Source: Atractiella rhizophila
Taxonomy: Eukaryota
Direction of reading: 5' to 3'
Assembly: GCA_021432655.1 (NCBI GenBank)
Contig: MU271631.1
Span: forward strand, 1-37,436
Length of the DNA: 37,436 bases
Shown: positions 1 through 11,172 of the stretch, piece after piece
How the letters are laid out: each line of letters opens with the position of its first letter
Position numbering within the stretch: the first letter of the stretch is position 1
Program-made: the position numbers and the translations under genes
The notes under the pieces: model-generated
The model's database searches: none
What the model saw: only the letters and a program-made list of their open reading frames with translations
What the model was told of the DNA's origin: nothing

Positions 1-2772
1 TCTCATCGATATCGCTCGAGAAATCAAAGAACAACACTTATGCATCAGCATACATGACATGTCGAGACGGTGGTGCGGAAGTGTTGGCTGAATTCACAGC
101 TCGGGTTCGTCTTCCTCTCCTTCCTCCCAGCATCATCGGTTATGGAATGCATCTCCAAAGCAAACAAGGGCAAGTGCTGATGTTTTCCTCGATTGTGGGC
201 ACAGATCGTAGCTTACTTCTGGAACGCTGATTTGCCTCCTTCGAGCACGACCAATGGGAACGGGGAAAGGAGAAGGTTCGAAGATTCGATGCGAGACCGA
301 CTTCAGGCTCCTTTGCCTCCAAGAGACTTGTCTTCGAAAGCGATGAGGAGCCAAATGAGCGCACCTAAAGATTTCGTCGCTTTTGTTTTGAAGCTACTCA
401 GCGCAAGTCCGTCTTTTCCCCTTTTCTCTCTCCCCTCCCCACCGATCGTTGGTTGATGTTGATTGTTGATCCTTTGATTGATAGCACGACTGACAACTTC
501 GGTCATCCTCATCTCGATATGCTTCATCAAGGGACTGACAGAGGCTGTGAGGAGGAGGGAGGAGCGGAAGGCAATGTTTGGTGGGAGGATAGAGCTGTTT
601 TATGTCATCGCTTTGATGCTAGGGAACAAGATTATGGATGACCACAGTCCGTTCTCATTCCCTTCCGTCACTCTTCCACCCTGTCTTACTTGATTCTTGA
701 CAGCCTTCACTCATAACACCTGGTCCGGACTATCAAACAATCACTTCTCCCCAGCAGATCTCACAAATACAGAGCTCGCCTGGCTGAAGGCGGTAAACTT
801 TTCGATGCAAGTCGATTCTTCCATGTTTGAGGGATGGAAGCGATTCTGGGAGGGGCATCTTTTCTCCTTTGAACACGAGACCTCTTCCCGCCGCTCCTCT
901 CGTTCCTCACGGTCTTCACGGTCGACAGCAGCACGGAGGAAGATGTTCGGTTCGGTGGCCAGTTCGAAGAGGGATAGATTGAGGATGAAGGACGTGTATG
1001 CGGCACCGTTCATGGAGGATATGGATTTGGATACGAGTGCGAGGGATTGGATCATGGATTGGGATTTTAGACATCCCGTTCCTCTCCCTCATACTCTCTC
1101 CCCTCTGCAGCCTACCATCTCGATGGAAACCGTCACTGTCACCGATGCCGAGGAATCCTTGGTTGACCTCCTTTCCCAACATGACCACCAACCCATCCTC
1201 ATTCAACCTGTCCCTGTACATCCCGCACCTCAGATCCTCAACCAACAATTCGATATCGACGAGGAACCGTTGATGAGGAACGACAACAATAAGCGGGAGA
1301 TAATGTCGAATGGAAGGGGGTGGGAAGAACCAGCGGCGAAGAGGATGGCTTATTCCCTCAATTCGTCCCCTGTCTTCGCATACAATCCTCCTCCTCCCTC
1401 CTATTCCTCTTACGCCTCCTCGCGACCTGTCACGTCCTATAACACTTCCTCCTCCATCTTTCCATACGCCATCTCCGTCGCCTCCTCAGACTCTCGCCCC
1501 GTCAGCTCGTATGAGCTCCCGAATTCTTCACACTACCTCACCGTCCCTCAGCCCCGTACATCGATGTATGCGTATCCATCGAACACGAATACAAACGCCA
1601 ATGCACCTCAACCCTTTCAACTCGAATATTACTCTCTGGCAGCAGACACGCACAATCCGAGAGGCACCTTGAACTCGCACTCCATCTCCAACCTCGTAAA
1701 CGCGCAATATCCTCTCCCTCCATCCACCGTTCCAACCGGATCCTTTGACTTTCAACTCCCTCTACCTCATCTCGCTTCGTCGCTCGGGTACGGGAGCGCG
1801 AATGGATGTGGGTGTGCAGAGTGTAAACCAACGGTTAGAGGACGAGAGTGGTATGGAGGACAGGGAGGAGTGGATGGACAGGTTTATGCGGAGCAGAAGA
1901 CTGCCATTCCTTCTCTTCATCCGCTAGAAGAGCCTAGATCGATTTATGCCCCACGAGCCCACTTCGATCCTTCACCTCAGTCTCAATATTCGAACCTCGT
2001 ACCTGAAACTATGGTTCACATTGGCTCTTCCCACTCGTCGCCTTACGCCTCCTTACCGATCCAACCCCACCATCTGTTCTCGCAAGCATCCCCTTCCCAA
2101 CCTTTCCAATCGCAGTCATGCTCCGCCTCCCCCTTTGCCAGCTTCAATGGGAGCTGGGTGCAAGATTTCCAGTCGCTCAATTTGGCTGGTAGTGGGATAG
2201 GTCGAAAAGGCAGCGATGCCGTCACTTACAGTTCGAGCACCGGATTCGAAGTCTTGTCGTCGACGAGCTCGGATGCGGGTTGTGGAAGCGGACAGCCTTC
2301 CACGATGTCCATCGATCTTGGAGCTATGGGATTGGGCTTGGGAAGTCTTGGAACTGCCTGTTGGAATCGAACGTCGAATGGCACTTGGGCTCTTCAGGAT
2401 GCCATCGCGGGAGTGAGTGCAGGTGCGAGTCAGATGTGGACCTCAATATCTTATCAACCTCCTAATGTCGTACCCATTTCAACCGTCGAACAATTACCCC
2501 AGCCTCAGGTCAGCTCTTCCTTACCCACTCTCACTTTTGTTCGCCCGTCGAATGAATCGATCAACGTCATTGGCCGTCCCATGTCTAGTCAACTGTCTCA
2601 GAATCCTTCCTACCTTCACCCATCGCCATACGTCCCCCAGCCTTCGTTGGCCTCCGAAAATAATCAAGATCAGGCTCAGCTCAAGGCTTATTATGTCCCA
2701 ACCTGGGATGATCAGAATAATACCTTCTTTACGTATAACCCTTGCAACAGCGGATACCCAACTCAGCAGTAG
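1..2772 (+). CDS. Clg1/Pcl-type (Pho85-family) cyclin with long low-complexity C-terminus; 5' end at ATG 54 or beyond the window edge
   Basis: Splicing introns 105-204, 407-484 and 647-703 (all GT..AG) gives LAEFTAR-IVAYFW ... LLSATRLTTSVILISICFI ... IALMLGNKIMDDHTFTHNTWSGLS ... LTNTELAWLKAVNFSMQV, matching the fungal cyclin-box pattern ALMLxNKxLDDxTFTNxTW. The first frame is open to the window edge. Stop TAG at 2770-2772. Confidence 0.85.
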
Positions 2773-5700
2773 ATTTCTCATTCAACTTCGATCCTCCTAC
2801 AATACATTTTCCTGCTTCCCATACATCCCCAGTTGTGATCCGCCGTTGAGTTTCGTTGTACAGTTCAATTTAGAGGTCTCATACGTATAAGAAGGTACTT
2901 CAGTTGTCGTTCACTTTGAGCTTTCAAAAACCGTCAGTCTTTGGTCTTTCTGTTATTAGTGTTTAGCTCGCAGTTTCCTCCCTTCTTCAGCTTACCCAAC
3001 TCAAGTATCTTACGCTTCTCCTACCCCAATCTCCATGCTCTGCTACGTTTACGTGGACTTAACTCTAACTCGCCTTCGTGTGAACAATTCTCTACAGTTT
3101 ATGCATTCATTTATTCTTCAAATGTAAGGTCTGCCTAACCTCCTACGTACATCCTCTGTCGATTTCGATAAGAAGATTCGATTTGTATCCACGCAGTCTC
3201 AGTTATTTCTTTGATCTTTTGACTTTCGGTTTTGTTTCTACCTGAAAAGTCTCAAAGCGGTTTCGGTTGTGATTGTATCTACTTCCTTCGGCCTTTTTCC
3301 ACCTTTTCGCCATTGTATCACTTACTGCAGACATAAGCAATGAGATATTTCCATTTTTTTCAGTACTTTATCGCAGGCCGGGGTGCAAGCGTGGAAGCAT
3401 GGCTCGTTCAAGCTGAAGCAGTATCATCTGAAGGAGCAGAGATCTGAAGACGCCACTTCACTTCACCGTGACTTTGACAATGTCGACTACATGTCAGACT
3501 CGTGTCAGGCGTCCGTCTATTGTCAGTCTAATCGATGGAAATGAATGCTAGTCACGAATGATTTGCTCACTTTGTTCGTTTTTAGCTAAGGAGCACTTGT
3601 CGAGACCTTCGGTTCCTTCTTCAGCTGGGTTAGAAAACAGACTGTCCTATGATTTGACGCCTCCAAGTCTAAGTACACCAGTATATCTTCCCGTTCTGGA
3701 ATTCTGGAGGGCTTTAGATCTTTACAGGTCACATATGGCATGCAGGCCAGCACATGCTACCCCTTACACTCTTTACCCAAGCGATGCACTTCAGCTTTTC
3801 AGAATTCTCACACTTTTCGCGATGTAGAACGTCGTTTTTTGTTACCATCGTTTATTCTAGATCGACAGCGGGTTGCAATAAAGAGCATTCACATCTTCAA
3901 AGCTCAAATATCTCAATGACAAGAATTGACCATAAATCTCATTCTAGCGATGGTGGTCAGATCTCGCTCCGTTTGGTGGGTCTTTCATGACCATAACCCT
4001 CTTTGCGACCAGGATGTTATAGTCAGAGATTCCTTCTCAGGGATGGCAGAAACCGTACAACATCGAACAGAACCATCACACGCCACCCATTCCCTTTCTC
4101 ATTTCTAATCCCTTATAGGACAGACCTGCTTAACGCGTCGTCACCACGGTTAAGGTAAGAAGGAAATCCACCGCGATCCAGCCGCGACCAGCTGACATCA
4201 TGGTCTGTCGATCTCCCAATCATCTTCTCAGAGTCGCGTCGAGGTGGCGTCTTCGGCAACAACATAAAAGGGTGGAACCACTCGCTCTCATCCCGTTCCT
4301 CGAGCGAAAAAGTCAGGGAAAATGTGTTTGGAAAGTCAACGAGCAACAGTTTCAAGGGTTGGTTGGAAGGTTCGCGAAAGAAGTCGGAGAGATCGTGGAA
4401 TGGGATTGCGCAGCTCTAATGGATTGGATTTCGAAAAACCACGACCACCTCTCCTTCTTCCCTGCTTTCTTCCCTTTTCTTTTTCCATCCAACGCCAATC
4501 GAGAGAAACTTAACTTTCGGTGTATATTCTGTCAGGGGACGAAAAGACGATGAGCGACTTTCAGCAGTCGGGTATGGTGGATTTGAATGGGGTGGACATG
4601 GGAATGGGGATGGATATAGGAATGCCTTTACAATCCGAGTATGGCAGTGATGGAGGCATGAAGAATGATTTCAAACTTGTTCTTCCAGAACGGACAAGAG
4701 GTGAGCCTTTTCTCATGCATTGGTGGGGACGCGATGCTGGTGAAATCCTTCTCTTTGTATCAATATGTTTTCGTCATTTCGATGGATGAGGACCCTGATT
4801 TGTTTCCTAAGCTCTCCTCATTTTTCCTTTTCGCCCATTTGAAGGAGGCTTGTGCTTGTTCATGCATCATGCAAGTTCGGTTAGGGTTCTTGCCCAGTTC
4901 CCACAATCACTTTCACCCTGAAATGGAGCCGGGTCGTAATTTTCCCTAGATGTACTTACCTTTTTGAGTGTCTGATTCCACTTTCCTGTTGGCTGTTTAC
5001 GCAATTTTCTGCCGAACATCTTTTGTGTTGACAAGCCATTCTGGTCTGGACCTCAAAATTGTTCGGCCTAACGCCCTCTTATCCCTTGAGTTCCTAGTTG
5101 GAACGACTTGTATATTCCTCCGCCATTGATCAAAGCCGTTGTGATGGAGCTTTTGCTCCTGTCACCAGCCAGCGCAAAGCAGAACAATCTTCCTTTCTTG
5201 CAGCCCTGATCTGAAATCCCGTTGCGTGAGTGCGGCGTGACCTGCATTTTTGAGAACCTTATTTATCGGATGTACCCTGAACTTTATTCAAAATCCCCGT
5301 TCGACTTGTGATAATTTACCGAACCTTCAGTTTTCACCTTATTTGGTTAGATTTTTCAATTGGTCTACTGCCGTTGCTTGTGCTGTCTGCTCGGAGGAAA
5401 TCATGGATATCGATGGATTGCTAGAAAGATTGATCGAGAACGGCTTGCTGTTCAAACAAAATTCAATTCCAATGGCTTCGCTTTGGCATCCATCTTCAAC
5501 CTGTGACATTTGTGAAAGCTCGGCTTTCCCAAAAGAATTTCGAAGAGGGTGTGAGATGAGGGGAAAGCAACGGGAATGAGATCCCTTACTTGTCGCCGAG
5601 AACTTATTCAGCCGGTTGAATCATTCAACCTCACATTCGCTCACTGGAGATGCACCAGAGCATGCCTGAATTTGCGACCTTTTTCCCTCCCAATGGGCAA

Positions 5701-5872
5701 CAAACAACTCAAAAGACTCAAGCAAGCAAAAAGAGCAAAAGCAATCAAGGTCCAAAGAACACCGGTAGTCCGGTCCTTTTTTGCCGGGATAATTTAATCG
5801 GACCCGGAACGGGTGACTTTCTTTGTCTCCACATGCGAGAACCTTGATCGTTGCCCATTTGGACATCGTGTC

Positions 5873-5880
5873 TGACGTCA
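5873..5880. promoter_or_regulatory. Perfect CRE/ATF palindrome TGACGTCA upstream of the bZIP gene
   Basis: TGACGTCA read directly, about 110 nt before ATG 5991. Function is inferred. Confidence 0.5.
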
Positions 5881-5990
5881 ATGATTGCTCATCTTCATAA
5901 TCCCCCTTCCTTTTTTTTCCGCGATTCTCTCCTCTCTTGCTCCTACCAAAATTTCTACTTTTCCCTCTTCTTCGTCATTTTCACGTAACA

Positions 5991-8092
5991 ATGGTGGAAC
6001 CCGTACTTACCCCTCGTCCTTTCCCATTCCGTCGCCACTCTTCAGCCCAGTTTCACCACCAAAACCAACCTGAAACTCCTTCGAGATTCCTCGAGGCCCT
6101 TGGGGTGGCGGATTTCCACAAAACTACCTCTTCACAAGTCAACTCCAATCTTTGGGACGTCGGTCTCACCCCTTCCATCTTTGGACCTGGAAGGACGACA
6201 GGACTAACTCCGTTTGTCGGCGCACCGACGCAGAAAGAGGTTGACCCTTTCGATTATCACTTCGCGAAGAAGTCGAGGGAGCGAGAGTTGGCAACGGCAC
6301 AAAAGGCCGACGATATCTTCAGCTATCTCGATCTTCACACACCTGTTTTAGAGAAGGGTCCAATCAACTGGATGGGATTCGACGGCACTGCGACTGCAGG
6401 GGTGAAAAGACCGAGGGCAGAGGAAGAGCCGACTCTTGATCTGGCTGGCGACAACATTCTCAATCTTCAACCAAAACGTCCAAGGCTGGAAGGAGATCAG
6501 CCCGTCCAGGATCCTACGCTACTTCAACAGCTTCAGTCTCGTCTGAGACCTGTCAGGACCGATACGGATTCTGCTTCCTCTTCCGACGCACAGTCGCTTC
6601 TTTCTTCTACAAGGAAGAGCACAATGAGCCTCACGACTATGGATCCTGAGTCCCAGAAGCCTACTCCGCTCAATAACATTAAACCCCAGCTCTTCGATCC
6701 TCTTGATCCTTCCAACTCTCCTGTCTCGGTTTCTAACCCTGTCTCTGCCGACCCGTCAATGATTCTGTATCCTTCATCTGCTCAAAGTGTACCGCAGGAA
6801 CTTGTTATTTCCGGCGAGATGCTAGCATCCCTATCAGGGAAACCTCAGCCTCAGCTCCCTGTCACTGTAGCCGCCTACTCTGCTAATCTTCACGCTACGA
6901 CGGCAGCAACGCTCAACATGTACGCTCCCGGCACAGCTGGTCCTCTCCCAGGAGCAGCTGGCGGACCTTCAACTTTGGTGATCAATGGCCAGATGGCGGG
7001 AATGACAGGTCCACAAAACGCAGTTCCTGCTACCTATGCATATCAGGCAGCTCCTCAAAGCCTAGACCTCGCTCTTCCTCAACAACCCATGGTAATGAAC
7101 CCTCGACTTTCCCTTCCCTCCAATATTCCAACTACCAGCGCTTCGGTAGCTGCGACCATGGTCGCTACTACCACAGGGAAGAAGTCGACTCGAAGGGCGA
7201 CCAGCCCGGCTGTCAAGAGTAAATCGGCAGGATCTTCGAAGAGCAAGAAGAAGAATAAAGATAAGGAGAAGAAGGTAGAGAAGGAAGAGGAAGTTGATCC
7301 CGAAGAAGAGAAGAGGAAACAATTTCTGGAGAGGAATAGGATTGCGGCTTGCAAGTCGAGGCAGAAGAAGAAGGAATGGGTGTCCAACCTAAGCAACAGT
7401 ACTACTTCTATCCATACTTCTGACATAAATTTGTTGACTCTGTTTTTGTAGTGGCGGAAGATTTGACGACCAAAAATCTCAGCCTGCAAAACCTCGTCAA
7501 CAGTCTCAGAGAGGAGATCATTCAACTTCGAACCGAACTCTCGAGTCAAGCAGGATGTGATTGTCAGCATGCAAAACAGTTCTTGCGGCGGGAACAGCAG
7601 CGTCTTTCCCAAGTGGCGCCAACGCCAATGGTACAAACTATCTCCATTCCTGCTCCTCCACATGTCGATCCGTCGCTGTATCACCCTCACCCTCCCCCTC
7701 CAGCTCCCTACTCAGCGTCGAGCAATTCTAACGACGCATCCCCTATGTTCATTGCATCCCCAGCGACTACCGACATAGGATCAGTCCCGCATGGTCACTT
7801 CGAGGGACAACCGCCACGTTCTGCTCGAGGCTCCATGTCAATCGCCATGCCTGGGCCCATGTTCAACAACTCGCTACCGGTGCGACCTTCGTCGGCTCCC
7901 CCAACCACTCCGTCTGACCTAAGACTTCTCGGAATCCACAACCGAGATTATTTTGCTCAACCTACCCAGGCACAGTTGCAACAGCAACATGGTTACGTCC
8001 AGCCTGATGGACCAAGGTTCTCTCCAAGCAAATGGCTGTCAAACTTTGACTTCGACAATGTAGATCCATTGGTTCAGGCTCAAGCTCATTGA
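5991..8092 (+). CDS. Atf1/ATF-CREB family bZIP transcription factor
   Basis: Basic region EEEKRKQFLERNRIAACKSRQKKKEW joins through intron 7399-7451 to the zipper LSNMAEDLTTKNLSLQNLVNSLREEIIQLRTEL. N-terminal GLTP repeats and DPFDYHF resemble Atf1 motifs. Confidence 0.88.
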
Positions 8093-9177
8093 GGGGACTG
8101 TATTCAACTGCTCAGTACATTACGATTTTGTATCAACATGCTGTGGACTTTTCGTTGTCCATTTTCGTTGCTCATTATGCCTTCCCGTTTATCTTTTGAA
8201 GTACTTTATGGGCTTTTCGTGTTGAAAAATATTGAATCAGTCGCAATACACGCTACTTTACTCCTTCTGTTTCATGGCCTACACGATTAGAACTTCTTCG
8301 AGTTTCTACACACGTCGAGAAACTGGACACTTATTATCGCATTTTTTGACGAAGACATGCTTCTCGGTTCCAGGTTGTGTTTCCAAAACCATCAAATACA
8401 CGTCTCTATGTTTTAAGGAGCATGTCTTTTAACTCTGCACTTTTCAACTCCCACCTCGAATAAAAAAAACCCCTGTCCAGATACTATTTACCTTCGAGAT
8501 CGTCTTTTTCGTCTGTTGATGTTTGCTTTGATTTGCTATTTCAGGTTGTGATGAAAGGATTTTGTGAATACTCTCGGAACAGTATGATCCCAAACGTTAA
8601 AATGAAATGATTGATGCACCAAGACGTTGCCTCCCTTTTGAATATTAATTGAATTTGAACAATTTGACGCTACTTGAAGTCTGCATGAAGCTTGAATCAC
8701 TGCGGAGCCAATCGGTAGGGGGTGTGTCGTTTATTATTGCCTGCAACACGAGGGGAGCGAAGAGATGGGGTTGGAAACCGGTTGGACTGTCGGGGGCGAT
8801 GATCGTAATTGACTGCTCCAGTGCTGCAGCCTCGATGAGATTTCGTGTTGCGGTTGGTGGATCCATGGAAGAACTATTTGATGAGGTCAATGCGCGTTGG
8901 TTTTGCGTTTAGCTGATGACAACGATCAATCTCAGGAAGGACTCGAAGCTTTGAGGAATGTGCGTTTTACATGAGCGAGGTTACTTTCTACCTCCCTCGC
9001 ATCCTATCCACAGTACCTACAATCAGAGCCTACAGTCTTTCGTAATCCTTCTGCACCACCCTTCCGCGATCCAGTCCATTTATCACGATAGACTCTATGG
9101 GCTGCTAGTCTCCAGTCGCCTTCTCCCACCAGCGAGAGGGGCTTCCTGGATGATTTCGTTCACCGTTCCACAAATAC

Positions 9178-10911
9178 CTATCCATACTTCACTCTAAAAC
9201 CAGGCAAATCGAACATCTCCCACACCCTCTCAGCAACAATCCCTCTCCCCATCCCTCCCTTCTCCTTCCTCACAGCCTGACTCCCCCTGGCACTACCTAC
9301 AGACGCAGAAGAGTCCACCACACCTACTACTGCCCCGGTGGCAGCGTCCAATATTGGTGCCCCGACCGCGCTAGGTGGCAGGGAAGAGTCGAGGATAATG
9401 TGGAGGAGAGGATCGTATGTGCCTGGAAAGGCGGGACGCGCGATTTCGTCCCTGTATCCTTCTATCCGACACTCGATCCACTCGAAACGCACTCCTTCTT
9501 CATCTTCATTCGATCCGTTCGGTCCTCGATTCTCTTCATCCCCGGCTTGGAAGGAAGAGCTGAGGGAGGGACTGGGAAGCGGGATGCGTACGGTGGAGCC
9601 GATCGGGAGAGGGTAGGGAGAGACGGGTAATGTTGGGGTTGTGAGTCTTCCGGAATTTGAAAGGGAGAGTGAAGAAATGGAGAGGTTTGACGTCGTCAGG
9701 TTGGACATCGGTTTGAGCGTGGTCGGGGAAGATAAGGAGGGAGAGGAGAGTATGTATGTGGTGGTATTGGGAAACACGTAGGGTGCAAGCTATGTATCAA
9801 ACGGAGTAAGATCAACGAGGAAGAGCGAGCAAAGAGAAGAGAGGAAGACGAACGGATTCGAGAGGTAGTGTGTGTGAGAGAAGCAGAGGAGAGGATGGAG
9901 AGCCGATGACGAAGGAGAGGGATTCAGTGAATAGTACTTGTGCCTCTGAGGCTTTCGGATTGTGGCTGGCATCGGTTGGGGAGCGAGGAGGTAATAACAC
10001 GACGTTGAGGTGCCGGTGTATTGCGCCTGAACGTTGGCTCTCCTGCTCCGTCCATTCCATGATGTCAGTATTGTGGATAGTAAAATCACCCTAAATGGTG
10101 AGGCTCCTTCATCAGAAAGGTATTCAGGATACTTCGGAGGGTATCAATGAGCCCCTTGTGGTTAAAATTGAATTAATCCATGTTTTCTCTCGCAGTTGTG
10201 AAACATTCATGAAAGCTCATGCGATGTCAACATTTTAGGATTATAGAATGGAATCATGACTCCAAAGACGATTCTACTGCATTATCAAAATCAGGACAAT
10301 CCATCATCACTACCAAACCAGATGTCTATCGAGCGATCTTAAGACCATTTGTTCAACGCTCACTGACCGTGAGATATCTCCACGGTACTGCGCAGCACTG
10401 TATCACAGTAAGAAGGGGCTCTCGTTCATCATCACATAGTATATATCGTTGCTCAACAAGAGAATAGGTTTGATCCATAACGAGAATATGTGATAGAGCG
10501 TTAGAATAACTTGTTCATCTGCGTCAAAAGGATATAAAAAGAAGAAAGGAAGAAAAACTCAGAAGAAAGACATACTTTGATCCTTGCATCATTCGGTGTA
10601 GGCTCATACTTCAACTGACCGACCCTCCTTGGCTCTCCCCGTAATTTAAGCGCACCCAGGAAGGTCTGTATATCCCTTCCTCGCACCTGCTCATTGCCCA
10701 CTTTGTCGCTGGCTGGCGCATTATCTAGCTGGCCAAACTGGGTAGGCAGCTGAAATCTCCTCGTTTTGCAGTACCTGTGAAATGAAGGGAGTGACAGTCG
10801 ATGGATGGGATGCATCGATGGGCCGAGGGAGAGAGTGGGCGACGGGGGGGCGATGAAGGTGAACTGGGGGGGAAGCGGAGCGTGGGTCGAGTAAATCCGT
10901 TTGGGTATCAT
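9178..10911 (-). CDS. Trypsin-like (Trypsin_2-type) fold protein, probably catalytically degenerate; basic N-terminus may be a mitochondrial presequence
   Basis: Exons 10911-10576, 10090-9854 and 9789-9178 join in phase 0 (RIK|GDFTIH; LES|LAPYVF). The C-terminus GYRDEIARPAFPGTYDPLLHI..GAPILDAATGAVVGVV..AERVWEMFDLPG resembles, from recall, a conserved basidiomycete trypsin-like family. Confidence 0.65.
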
Positions 10912-11172
10912 AATATAATAGTTATTTATCCAAGGAATATCCAATGAAACTGAGACACTGATGTTGGACGTCAAACTGATAACTTATCACGATAAAGGAG
11001 CCTTCCCGCCACACAATCGTAATGCCATTAATGTCAATCTCAGTTTGACCATCAGCCTCATTAGCCCGGGTCCCCGCCAAATTCCATCTTCAGCGTTTCC
11101 CAAATATCTGCCAAATATCTTACTCCGAGCCTCTCAACATCGACACGGTAACATCACCAAAAATACCCATCC

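Noticed and set aside
2900..5870. Short ORFs in the 3-kb gap between the cyclin and bZIP genes (e.g. 4200-4553, 4520-4789, 5250-5579)
   Set aside because: No recognisable motifs and no consistent spliced model on either strand. Long UTR or promoter space is plausible next to regulatory genes.
8645..9170. Overlapping 80-87 aa ORFs on both strands
   Set aside because: No family signal. May be 3' UTR of the minus-strand gene.
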